A stretch of 64,000 nt of DNA from Myxococcota bacterium. GTDB taxonomy: Bacteria; Myxococcota_A; Polyangia; Nannocystales; Nannocystaceae. The position numbers and the translations under genes were made by a program. The stretch covers positions 32,001-96,000 of the forward strand of contig JBCCHT010000024.1 in NCBI GenBank assembly GCA_039028615.1, read 5' to 3'. How positions within the stretch are numbered: the stretch's first letter is position 1; each line of letters starts with the position of its first letter. The notes beneath the pieces were generated by a model. It was not told where the DNA came from and did not search any database. It worked only from the letters and a program-made list of their open reading frames with translations. Positions 1-9,379 of the stretch are shown here, in pieces.

Positions 1-59
1 TGGCCGATACCGTGGCGAAAACGCGGGCCTAGCTTGGTCGGGCAAGAGGCACCGACCCC

Positions 60-956
60 ATGAACCCGTTCTCCTCCGACACCTTCATTTCCCTGGTCGA
101 CCAGCTCGGTCCCGCCATCGTGCGCATCGAGGCGCCCCGCCAAGGGGGGACCACCGGTCTGCTCTGGTCCGATGACGGGCTCATCGTCACGGCCCACCAC
201 GCCCTGCGCCGCGACGAGTCGATCCGCGTGGTTATCGGGTCCAACGAACCCCGACCCGCGCAGTTACTGGGGCGCGATCCCGCCACCGACCTGGCGGTGC
301 TGAAGGTCGACCTCGAAGGCCTGGACGATCCACCCGCCGCGCCAAAGTGGCGCGAGGTGGGAGCGGTCGGCGTGGCCGAGGTGGGTCTCGCTCTCGCCCG
401 CCCGGGGCAGACGATTCGCGCCGCGCTCGGGTTGGTCGCGGTGGTCGGCGAGCGCCTGCACACCCCCCGCGGTCGCGCGCTCACTCCGTATGTCGAGCTC
501 GACCGCGTGCTGCCGCGAGGCTTCTCCGTGGCGCCCTTCGTCGACTTGCAAGGGCAGGTGGTGGGCTTGGCCACGGCCGGGCTCGCCCCCGACACCACCG
601 TCCTGCTCACCGCGGCGAACATTCGCGAGTCGGTCGAGGCCATCGTCGAGCACGGTCGCGTACCCCAAGGGTTCTTGGGCGTGGGGGTCTCGCCCGCGCG
701 CCTGCCCTCGACGCTGCGCGAGTCGGTCGGCCAAGGTCGCGCCCTCGCCATCGTCGGCGTGGCCGAAGGAGGTCCCGCCGCGGACGCCGGCCTGCTCGTC
801 GGTGACTTGATCCTCGCCGTCGACGGCGGCGCCGTGAAGTCCCCCGCGGGGCTGCGTGCGCAGCTGTCCGACCGCGCGGGCCAACCCGTGGCCCTTCGCC
901 TGCTTCGCGGCGGCGAGACCACCGAAATTCAGATCACCGCCGGAGAACGCCGGTAA
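60..956 (+). CDS. S1C/HtrA-like trypsin serine protease with C-terminal PDZ domain
   Basis: LIVTAHH (His), DPATDLAVLKV (Asp) and RGFSVAP at the GxSGGP position (Ser), followed by a PDZ domain (GFLGV...GPAADAGLLVGDLILAVDG). Confidence 0.85.
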   Translation: MNPFSSDTFISLVDQLGPAIVRIEAPRQGGTTGLLWSDDGLIVTAHHALRRDESIRVVIGSNEPRPAQLLGRDPATDLAVLKVDLEGLDDPPAAPKWREVGAVGVAEVGLALARPGQTIRAALGLVAVVGERLHTPRGRALTPYVELDRVLPRGFSVAPFVDLQGQVVGLATAGLAPDTTVLLTAANIRESVEAIVEHGRVPQGFLGVGVSPARLPSTLRESVGQGRALAIVGVAEGGPAADAGLLVGDLILAVDGGAVKSPAGLRAQLSDRAGQPVALRLLRGGETTEIQITAGERR

Positions 957-1038
957 CGACGACCTCGGGGACGACGGTCAATTGGATGCCGCTGCTCCCC
1001 GCACTCGCCCACATCGCTTCATCAAGGAACAGCCAGCC

Positions 1039-3420
1039 ATGTCCACGCACAACTATCCCAGCACCTTCGCCCTGCTTCCCCTTCGCCGCGGCGTCCTGCT
1101 GCCCGGCACTACGCTCAGCGTGCCCATCGGACGCAAGCGCTCCGTCGCCTTGGTCGAGAGCCTGCACGTCGGCGACATCATCGGCGTCGTCGTCCAGCGC
1201 GACCCCGCCACCGAGGAGCCCGTGATCTCCGATATCCACGGCGTGGGCACCTACGCCAAGGTCTCGCGGATCGGCAAGTCCCGCGACGGGCGAAGCTATC
1301 GCCTGGTGCTCGAGGGGCTCGATCGCTTCGAGCTGCGAGAGATCGAACAGTCCGACCCGTACTGGTTCGGACGCGGTGACCCGGCCATCGACGACGACAG
1401 TAGTGACGAGGCCGAGGTCCTGGCGGACGAGATTCGCTCCTACCTGCGCAAGGCGGTGGGCAACAAGAACAAGACCCTGAGCGAGATTCTCGAGTCCGGG
1501 TCCGAGCCAGGACGGCTCGCCGATCGCTTGGTCTCCGCCCTCGATGTGGATCGCGATCGCGAGATCCAGGTCCTGCTCACCCTCGACGTCCCCGCGCGGC
1601 TGCGCTTGGCGGTGGAGATCGGGGCCGAGGCCAAGGCCCGCTGGGAGCTGACCCAGAAGATCGGCCACGAGGTGCGGCGCGAGCTCGAGAAGGACCAGCG
1701 CAAGCACCTGCTGCGGCAGCAGCTGCGCGCCATCCAGAAGGAGCTGGGCGAAGGTGAGGAGGGCGGCGACGCCCAGGACAAGCTCGAGGCCAAGCTCGAC
1801 GCGCTCGAGCTGCCCGAGGAAGCCCGCGAGGTCGTCGAGCGCGAGATGGGGCGCCTGCGGAGCCTGGGCGGCAACTCGCCCGAGACGCACGTCATCCGCA
1901 ACTACCTCGAGTGGATCGCCGAGCTGCCCTGGGATACCCGCGCAGAGCTGTCCGAGGACATCGACGCGGTGGCCGAGAAGCTCGACGAGGACCACTTCGG
2001 CCTGGAGAAGGTCAAGCAGCGGATCCTCGAGCACCTCGCGGTGCGACGGCTGTCGGGCAGCAACAAGGGCTCCATCCTCTGTCTCGCGGGCCCTCCGGGG
2101 GTCGGCAAGACCTCGCTGGGGCAGTCCATCGCCGACGCCACGGGGCGACCCTTCATTCGCGTCGCGCTGGGCGGGGTCCGAGACGAGTCGGAGATCCGCG
2201 GTCACCGACGCACCTACGTGGGGGCCCTGCCCGGCCGCATCGTCAACGCGCTGCGCAAGGTCAAGGTGAAGAACCCGGTCATCTTGCTCGACGAGGTCGA
2301 CAAGCTCGGCCAGGGCTGGATGGGCTCGCCCGAGGCGGCGCTGCTCGAGCTGCTCGACCCCGAGCAGAACCAGACCTTCACCGACCACTACCTCGAGCTG
2401 CCCTTCGACCTGTCCGAGGTGCTGTTCATCGCCACCGCCAACAGCCTCGAGCCGATGTCGGCCCCGCTGCGCGACCGCATGGAGATCATCCCGCTGTCCG
2501 GGTACACGCCGCCGGAGAAGCGACAGATCGCCCGCGGGCACCTCATCCCCAAGCAGCTCGCCGACCATGCCCTCGACGCCGATGCGCTGACCCTCGACGA
2601 CGAGATCCTCGACACCATCATCCGGGACTACACCCGGGAGGCGGGCGTGCGTCAGCTGGGGCGGCAGATCACCAACCTGTGCCGTACCCTGGCGTTGCAG
2701 GCGGTGCGTAGCGCCAGCGCCGATGCACCCAAGCTCGAGGTCACCCTCGACGTGCTGCGGGAGTCGCTGGGCAAGCCGCGCTTCTTCAACGAGGTGGCCG
2801 AGCGCAGCTCGGTGCCGGGGGTCGCGACCGGCCTGGCCTATACCCCGGTGGGCGGTGACATCCTGTTCATCGAGACCTCGCGGATGAAGGGCAAGGGCGG
2901 CCTGCAGATCACCGGGCAGCTGGGTGACGTGATGCAGGAATCGGCCAAGGCGGCGCTGACCTTCGTGCGCAGCCACGCCGACCGGCTCGGCATCGACACG
3001 GCGGCGCTCGAGTCCCACGACGTGCACATCCACGTGCCGGCGGGGGGCATCCCCAAGGACGGGCCCTCGGCGGGGGTGACCATGTTCACCGCGCTGACCT
3101 CCCTGCTGTCGGGGAGAAAGGTCCGCTCCGATACCGCGATGACCGGCGAGTGCTCGCTGCGCGGTCGGGTCCTGCCCGTGGGTGGGATCAAGGAGAAGGT
3201 CATGGCCGCCCACCGGGCGGGCATCGAGCGGGTCATCCTGCCCGCGCACAACGAGCGGGACGTCGACGACATCCCCGAGGAGACGCGAGCGGCACTGGAG
3301 CTGATCTTCGTCAGCGACATGCTCGAGGTGTTGGACGCCGCATTGGAGCCGGTCGGAACGGCGGGCGCCGACGGGGCCGGCTCGATGGACGCCCACTGGC
3401 AGGGAGGTACTGCCGCATGA
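1039..3420 (+). CDS. lon: ATP-dependent protease La (Lon)
   Basis: Lon N-domain (LPLRRGVLLPG), Walker A GPPGVGKTS, Walker B ILLDEVDK, catalytic KDGPSAG and PVGGIKEK. ATG 1039 follows AAGGA. Confidence 0.97.
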   Translation: MSTHNYPSTFALLPLRRGVLLPGTTLSVPIGRKRSVALVESLHVGDIIGVVVQRDPATEEPVISDIHGVGTYAKVSRIGKSRDGRSYRLVLEGLDRFELREIEQSDPYWFGRGDPAIDDDSSDEAEVLADEIRSYLRKAVGNKNKTLSEILESGSEPGRLADRLVSALDVDRDREIQVLLTLDVPARLRLAVEIGAEAKARWELTQKIGHEVRRELEKDQRKHLLRQQLRAIQKELGEGEEGGDAQDKLEAKLDALELPEEAREVVEREMGRLRSLGGNSPETHVIRNYLEWIAELPWDTRAELSEDIDAVAEKLDEDHFGLEKVKQRILEHLAVRRLSGSNKGSILCLAGPPGVGKTSLGQSIADATGRPFIRVALGGVRDESEIRGHRRTYVGALPGRIVNALRKVKVKNPVILLDEVDKLGQGWMGSPEAALLELLDPEQNQTFTDHYLELPFDLSEVLFIATANSLEPMSAPLRDRMEIIPLSGYTPPEKRQIARGHLIPKQLADHALDADALTLDDEILDTIIRDYTREAGVRQLGRQITNLCRTLALQAVRSASADAPKLEVTLDVLRESLGKPRFFNEVAERSSVPGVATGLAYTPVGGDILFIETSRMKGKGGLQITGQLGDVMQESAKAALTFVRSHADRLGIDTAALESHDVHIHVPAGGIPKDGPSAGVTMFTALTSLLSGRKVRSDTAMTGECSLRGRVLPVGGIKEKVMAAHRAGIERVILPAHNERDVDDIPEETRAALELIFVSDMLEVLDAALEPVGTAGADGAGSMDAHWQGGTAA

Positions 3421-3520
3421 AGTGACCGACTACGTTTCGTTTCGCAGGCAGAATGAAAGCGGCGGCGATGGGCACGGGAGGCTCATCGTCGCCGCTCTCT
3501 ATTTGCGGCCGTGGAGGCCG

Positions 3521-4141
3521 TCAGCAGATGCCCCGGACTGCTTCCTTGATCTTCACGCCTGCGAGGTACTTGAAGAACTCGCGGCTGTCCTCGTTCTGCA
3601 TGAGTTCTTTGAAGGCGGGGTCGCGGACGAGCTCCTCGAGCGGCGGCAGGTTGGCGCCTGCGAGCCCGGTGAGCCCGAACTCCTTCATGACCTCGAGCGC
3701 TCGATCGGTCTCGAAGCTCATGCCGAGCTCGGATCTGCCGCTGCTGACCATCGAGCCCAGGCCCTCGGAGCGGCTGTCGACGAACTGCTCGAAGCCCGAC
3801 TCGGTCGAGGTCTCCACATAGCGGGCCGTGGTCGTGCCCAGGTTCCAGAACCCGTGCGAGATGCCGCGCGGCTTGAGCACATGACAGCCAGGCCCGGCCG
3901 TGAAGCGAATGCCATCGACCCCGCCGACCTCGAAGTGCAGCTCGCCCTCCATGATGTACATGTGCTGGTCTTCGTTGGCGTGGGTGTGAAAGGCCAGCAG
4001 CTCCCGCGGCCGCACTTCGCCCTCCATGATGGAAAAGTGCCCCGCGAGCTTGGCCGAGCGATAGATCATCACCATGTCGGCCGAGGTCTGCTCGCCGGCC
4101 CCGGGTAGCACCACCAGATTGTCTGCATCGAGATTCGCCAT
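3521..4141 (-). CDS. cupin domain protein
   Basis: Cupin motifs FHTHANEDQHMYIMEGEL and GCHVLKPRGISHGFWN; GGGAG RBS upstream. Confidence 0.85.
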   Translation of the reverse strand: MANLDADNLVVLPGAGEQTSADMVMIYRSAKLAGHFSIMEGEVRPRELLAFHTHANEDQHMYIMEGELHFEVGGVDGIRFTAGPGCHVLKPRGISHGFWNLGTTTARYVETSTESGFEQFVDSRSEGLGSMVSSGRSELGMSFETDRALEVMKEFGLTGLAGANLPPLEELVRDPAFKELMQNEDSREFFKYLAGVKIKEAVRGIC

Positions 4142-4392
4142 GATTGTCTGCTCCCACGACGGCGCCGCGCCTCGCTCCCGTCCCGGACGCGCCCCACCTC
4201 GGGGCGCCTCGTCCGGCCTCGGGAGCCGATGACCGCCGCGCGTCGTTGTCTGTGGTTTAGACCTCGGGCCGGGTCGGGGTCAGGGACAATGGGCGCCGAA
4301 GACCGGGCAATTGACGTCCGGCCGCACTCGAGGCCGTCCACGAGCCGATACGAGTCCGCTCGGTTGCCGCATACGGAGAGTGGACGGGTTCG

Positions 4393-4446
4393 AAAACGAA
4401 AGCGCGGAGGCCTCGAACCGCGATTGAAACGGTGAGGCTCCGCGCT
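4393..4446 (-). terminator. probable intrinsic terminator of the 4479..5033 gene
   Basis: Minus strand reads AGCGCGGAGCCTC...GAGGCCTCCGCGCT followed by TTCGTTTT, about 30 nt after the stop codon. Confidence 0.6.
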
Positions 4447-4478
4447 GTCGGTGACCGGCGCTGCCGGTCCGGGCTGGC

Positions 4479-5033
4479 CTACTCCTCGGTGCAGCTGTCG
4501 AGGCAGCAGTCCGGCATCAGGCACATCTTGGGGTCTTCGGGCAGAGCGATGAGCGGCAGCTGCCGGCAGATGTAGCCGTCGCGGTTGCACTGCGCGTCGT
4601 CGCTGCACACGATGCCGCAGCGCTGGAAGGTGCCCATGACGCCGATGCAGGCGACGCCGCCGTCGGGGTCGCAGCCGGGGTCGTCGAGCACGGACTGGGT
4701 CTGCATGTCCGGGAGCTGGCAGGGCTTGGTGCAGTAGCCACCGGGCAGCTCGTAAACGACCGCCATGTCGTCGCAGATGGCTTCGGGGTCGCCGATGAGG
4801 TCGATGCAGTCTTGGTCGGAAGTGCACGGCGCACCCCAGGTCTGCATCAGCGGATCGGCGGCCCCGTCGGTGCCCATGCCTACGGCACCGGCCGCACAGC
4901 CGAGTTCATCGACCGTGCCCGCAGTGTCGTCGGCCCCCGTTTCTCCGTCGTCGTTTTCCGTGGTGCAGGCGAGCGGCAGCTGCAGCGCGAGAGCAATGAG
5001 GGCCACAGGCCAAACGAAGCGCATCCGGATCAT
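4479..5033 (-). CDS. Cys-rich lipoprotein, function unknown
   Basis: Signal peptide with lipobox (LPLAC), acidic linker and many Cys (PGGYCTKPC, CSDDAQCNRDGYIC). Confidence 0.75.
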   Translation of the reverse strand: MIRMRFVWPVALIALALQLPLACTTENDDGETGADDTAGTVDELGCAAGAVGMGTDGAADPLMQTWGAPCTSDQDCIDLIGDPEAICDDMAVVYELPGGYCTKPCQLPDMQTQSVLDDPGCDPDGGVACIGVMGTFQRCGIVCSDDAQCNRDGYICRQLPLIALPEDPKMCLMPDCCLDSCTEE

Positions 5034-5261
5034 GCGGTGACCGTACGAAGGCATCCCAAGGCCGGTCAATCGTTGTTCGAGGGCCTACTGTGCTGTAGGC
5101 CACAGCGTCGTGAGCCAACGCGAAACCCGGCTCCAGGTTCACGGCGCAACCGTGCAGAGCAATGCACGGCGCGCGGCAGGGTTCGGCTCGGGATGGACGT
5201 CGTTCGAGTCGAACCGATGCTGCCCGGTCGGGTCGGCCACCACGGTGACCGACCCTTCCCA

Positions 5262-8200
5262 TCAGACCGGAGGCCCGGAGGTGAGCGTCAACGTTTTTCC
5301 TCCGGTGAGCCCCAGCTTGAGGGTGGTGCCGGGCGGAACGCGGAGCAGCTTGTCGTAGCGACCGCTGTTGAGCGCGGTCACGTTCATGCCATCGATCTCG
5401 ATGATCTCGTCGCCGACGGCGAGACCCACCTTGGACGCGGGCCCGCCGGGACGCACGAACGCGACGATGTTGCGTGCCTCTTCGGGCTCGATGTCGGGGT
5501 CGAGAGCCTTGCGCTTGAACCCGAGGTCGCCGGCCTCCTTGCCGCTGTCGAGCCGTTTTTTGACGAGCTCCACCTTGCCGATGTCCTGCTCGCGGGGCTC
5601 GGTGGGGATCCGGCGTGCCATCCAGGTCCAGCCGTAGTCGCTGTCGTTGAAGCTCGGGGCCATGACCATGACGGTGACCTTGCCCGTGGCGGCGTTCTCG
5701 ACCTCGAAGCGACCCTGCTCGTCGGAGATGTCCTTCTGGTCGCCCTTGGTGTCTCGCATGCCGCCGAACGAGAAGCCGCCCGCGGACGCGGTGACCCGCA
5801 GCCCCGAGACCGGCTCGCCCGTCTCCGCATCGACGAGCTGCCCGATGAGCTTGACCCGAGGCTTTAGCACGATCTCGGCGGTGGCGACCCCGGCCTCGGC
5901 CGTGAGCTCGACGGTGACCTTGGCGTTGCCTTCGTCGGAGTTCGCTTGGACCTCGTAGGTGCCCGGGGCGAGGTTGTCGAACTGGAGCTTGCCATCGGTG
6001 CGGAAGAAGTCGTCGCTGGCGTAGTTGCCCTTGGTGCGGTCGCTGACCTGGACCCGGAAGGACTCGGGGAAGCCCCCGCCTTCGAGCTTGACGATGCCGT
6101 TGATCTCACCCGTCTCGGCGATGGAGACCTCGACGTCGGTGCCGACCGCGACGTCTTCGGTCATGCCTCGACCGCCGCCCTTGCGGTTGGCCACCACGAT
6201 ATAGGTGCCTTCGGCCGCGAGGTGCTCGAGTTCGAATCGGCCGTCTTCGTCGGTGAGGATCGGCTTTTCGTTCCAGTTGCCCCAGCGAGCCATACCGCGG
6301 CCGCCCTGCTTGGAGGCTGCGACGCTGTCGCTCTGCCGCGAGGCATGCACGAAGGCGTCGATGACCGGCTCACCCGACTCATCGACGACGCGACCCGTGA
6401 TCCGGCCGTTCTGCGACTCGACCACGAGGTCGACGGTGGTGGTCTCTCCGGCGGCGATCTGGATTCGCTCGCCCGCCTGGTCGTCGTCGGAGGCCCCGGG
6501 CGCGCGCATCTTCTCGGACCACCCGCGGCGCGCCTGGATGCGGTAGTCGCCCGCGGCCGCGTTCTCGATGACGAACGCGCCTTCGTCGTTGGTCTGCACG
6601 CCGCCACCCCAGCGCGGGCCCTGCAAGAACACGTTGACCTGGGCGACGGGGGCCCCGTTTTGGTCGCGCACCGTCCCCTCGACGTTACCGCCCGTGGGGA
6701 GCTCGATCTCGATGTCGGACGTATCGACGCCGGCCTCGACGGAGGCTTCGATCGGATCATCCCGTCTCGGGTAGTCGTCGTGGGAGGCGCCGACCTCGTA
6801 CTTCCCCGGGAGCAGGCCTGCGATCTCGTAGTTCCCTTTGCCGTCGCTGCGCGCCCCGTAGGCGTTGACCCGGCGCCCGCGTGGGTCATTTTCGTCGGCC
6901 TTCATGTTGGCGCTGACCCGGGCGCCCTTGACCGGCTCGCCCTTGTCGTCGATCACCCGCCCGCGGATTGCCCGGGCCTCGTGGACCGACCAGCGCAGGC
7001 CGTCGACGGAGGCATCGGCGATCACGATGTCTTCGTATTCCTCTTCGCCCAGGTAGCCCTCGCAGGTCACGGTGACCTCGTAGGTGCCCGGGAGCACGCC
7101 GGACACGAGGATCGACCCGTCTTCCTCGGCCCCGGAGCGGTAGCTGCGATTGCCCTCGCTCTTGGGCTCGGCCAGCCTGACGGTGGCGAACGAACAGGGG
7201 GTCTCGTCGTCGACGAAGACCTGGCCGCGCACCGAGACGGCGCCGTGGACCTCGATGATGATGGTCTCCGAGGTCTCGCCCATGCCCACGTGCACGCGCT
7301 TGTCGGACCGACCGGTGAGCTCCGGCCCGGAGACGCGGACCTTGTAGGACCCGGGGTTGAGGCCGTCGAGGCGGAACACCCCGTTGGCGTCGCTATAGGT
7401 CGAAGCGCCGCGCCATTGTCGGGCCGAGACCTTGGCGTCGGCGACGGGTTTGTTCGTCCCGGCCCAGACCAGCTTGCCCTCGATGACCGACTCGGGCGTC
7501 AGGAACAGCTCGACGAAGGTGCCGGGCACGGCCACCTCGCGCGAGCCAGTGGCGTAGCCATCGGCGAAGGCCTTGACGTCGACCTCGGGTCCCGCGACCC
7601 ACAGGGAGAAGCGGCCCTCTTCGTCGCTGCGGGTGAAGGACCCGCCGACGCCCCGCCACCACGAGCCTCCGGTGGAGACATAGGCCCCGTCGACCACGCC
7701 GCCCGCGATGTCCTTGACCACGCCGGCCACCTCGACGCCGCCCTCCTTCAGGACGAAGTCGATGCCTTCGCGGGTGTTGCCGGCGAGCAGGTCGACCCGG
7801 GTGCTGAGGGTCTGTTGGATTCCAGTGCGGGACTCGTAGCGCGTGGGGATGTAGCCCTTGGCCGAGGCGAAGAGCCGATGCTCGGCCCCCAGCAGCTCGC
7901 CCAGGCGATAGGTGCCGTCGTCGCGAGTGACGGTGCAGTCGGGGGGCCGACGATCGGTGCCCGCGAGGTCGCGGTCCTCGACGCGAGCGCAGACCTGCGC
8001 GCCCGCGATGGGCTGGCCCGCTTCGTCGCGGACGGTGCCCGCGATGCCGGCCTTCGCAGCCTTGAAGGGATCGATGTCGCTGCGCCGCAGGGCCTTGGGA
8101 GCCAGCCCGCCGCCGGCCGCTGCATCGCCCGCCTTGGCGGTGGCAGCCGCTTTGTCGCTGCCCTTGGCGTCTTGGTCGTCGTCGCCCGACATCCACCACC

Positions 8201-8267
8201 ACAGGCCGAGCGCCAGACCAGCCAGCAGGAGTACGCCGTAGATTTTCGTCTTGCTGCTATCTGCCAT
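5262..8267 (-). CDS. membrane-anchored protein with tandem carboxypeptidase-regulatory-like (Cna-B/transthyretin-like) domains and C-terminal PDZ
   Basis: N-terminal TM helix, repeated GxVxDxxGxPVxGAxV...TDxxGxF units and PDZ (GGPASKVGLAVGDEIIEIDG). Confidence 0.88.
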   Translation of the reverse strand: MADSSKTKIYGVLLLAGLALGLWWWMSGDDDQDAKGSDKAAATAKAGDAAAGGGLAPKALRRSDIDPFKAAKAGIAGTVRDEAGQPIAGAQVCARVEDRDLAGTDRRPPDCTVTRDDGTYRLGELLGAEHRLFASAKGYIPTRYESRTGIQQTLSTRVDLLAGNTREGIDFVLKEGGVEVAGVVKDIAGGVVDGAYVSTGGSWWRGVGGSFTRSDEEGRFSLWVAGPEVDVKAFADGYATGSREVAVPGTFVELFLTPESVIEGKLVWAGTNKPVADAKVSARQWRGASTYSDANGVFRLDGLNPGSYKVRVSGPELTGRSDKRVHVGMGETSETIIIEVHGAVSVRGQVFVDDETPCSFATVRLAEPKSEGNRSYRSGAEEDGSILVSGVLPGTYEVTVTCEGYLGEEEYEDIVIADASVDGLRWSVHEARAIRGRVIDDKGEPVKGARVSANMKADENDPRGRRVNAYGARSDGKGNYEIAGLLPGKYEVGASHDDYPRRDDPIEASVEAGVDTSDIEIELPTGGNVEGTVRDQNGAPVAQVNVFLQGPRWGGGVQTNDEGAFVIENAAAGDYRIQARRGWSEKMRAPGASDDDQAGERIQIAAGETTTVDLVVESQNGRITGRVVDESGEPVIDAFVHASRQSDSVAASKQGGRGMARWGNWNEKPILTDEDGRFELEHLAAEGTYIVVANRKGGGRGMTEDVAVGTDVEVSIAETGEINGIVKLEGGGFPESFRVQVSDRTKGNYASDDFFRTDGKLQFDNLAPGTYEVQANSDEGNAKVTVELTAEAGVATAEIVLKPRVKLIGQLVDAETGEPVSGLRVTASAGGFSFGGMRDTKGDQKDISDEQGRFEVENAATGKVTVMVMAPSFNDSDYGWTWMARRIPTEPREQDIGKVELVKKRLDSGKEAGDLGFKRKALDPDIEPEEARNIVAFVRPGGPASKVGLAVGDEIIEIDGMNVTALNSGRYDKLLRVPPGTTLKLGLTGGKTLTLTSGPPV

Positions 8268-8344
8268 GGACCCCAGTCGTCTCGGCTATGAAACCACGAC
8301 TTTGGCTCTTGGTTTCAACCCCGCGGCAAAACGACCCCTTGGCG

Positions 8345-9265
8345 TCAGTCGGACGCCGGCTCCGTATCGAAGACCCACTGGGAGGGTTTGACCTTTTCCG
8401 CAATGAAATCCAGGAACGTGCGGACGGCGGGGCTCAAATGATGTCGGCTGGGGTACAGCGCATGCACGGTGCTATGCGTATCGCCCCACTCACGTAGCAG
8501 GGGCACGAGGGTTCCCGCGCGAAGGCCCTCGCAGCACAAGAATCCGGGCAGGTGCGCGATGCCGAGCCCCGCCTGGCAGGCCTGGAGTGCCACCGGGTAG
8601 CTGTTGACGACGAGCTTGCCCGTGATCGGCACCGAAAACGACTGGCCGTCGGCGTCCTCGAACACCCACGGCGTGCGGGTGCGGTCGGGACTGAAGGCGA
8701 CGCACTGGTGGTCTCGCAGATCACGAGGCGTCTGCGGTCGGCCGTGCTCCTCGAGGTAGGCCGGGCTCGCGCAGACGTAGCGAGGGGCGGGGGCCAGCTT
8801 GCGCACGATGTGCCCCGAGGGCTCCAGCGGCCCCACGCGAATCGCGAGATCGAAGCCCTCCGCGACCAGGTCCACCCGACGGGTGGCGAGGTACATGTCG
8901 AGCTCGACCTTGGGGTACTGCCGCAGATACTCGAGGCACCACTCCCCGAGGTAGGTCTCCGCCATCAGCACCGACGTGGTGAAGCGGAGCTTGCCCTGCG
9001 GCTCGACGCCCTGCGAGCTGATGCTGGCGGTCGCGTCCTCGAGCTGCCCGATGAGCTCCCGACACCGCTCGTAGTAAGTGCGCCCCGCTTCGGTCAGGCT
9101 GAGCTTGCGCGTGCTGCGTTGGAGCAGCCGCACACCCAGCGAGGCCTCGAGCTCATCCACCCGGCGGGCCACGGTGGACTTGGGGATCTCGGCCGCCCGC
9201 GCGGCGCCCACGAAGGTGCCCGCCTCGACGACCTTGACGAAGATGGTGATGGCGTTGAGATCCAC
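8345..9265 (-). CDS. LysR family transcriptional regulator (CrgA/DmlR type)
   Basis: LysR HTH (FVKVVEAGTFVGAAR...LGVRLLQRSTRKLSLTEAG), DLVAEGFDLAIR and ASPAYLEEHGRP. GTG start inferred. Confidence 0.93.
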   Translation of the reverse strand: MDLNAITIFVKVVEAGTFVGAARAAEIPKSTVARRVDELEASLGVRLLQRSTRKLSLTEAGRTYYERCRELIGQLEDATASISSQGVEPQGKLRFTTSVLMAETYLGEWCLEYLRQYPKVELDMYLATRRVDLVAEGFDLAIRVGPLEPSGHIVRKLAPAPRYVCASPAYLEEHGRPQTPRDLRDHQCVAFSPDRTRTPWVFEDADGQSFSVPITGKLVVNSYPVALQACQAGLGIAHLPGFLCCEGLRAGTLVPLLREWGDTHSTVHALYPSRHHLSPAVRTFLDFIAEKVKPSQWVFDTEPASD

Positions 9266-9379
9266 GGCCCGCGTCGACCATAGCCAATCTTCCCAGCCGC
9301 AGGAATCTGCTTCCCACCCGTGGGTCGATGGCCCCGGGCTGCCCCGTGGCATGGTGGTGGCTCCGGCGAGGAGGAGACC

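Noticed and set aside
934..3396. Long antisense ORFs shadowing real genes (e.g. 934..3396, 5946..8291, 27354..29705, 49905..52796, 55764..58553)
   Set aside because: Expected artefact of high-GC codon bias; no recognisable motifs, and the opposite strand carries clear family signatures.
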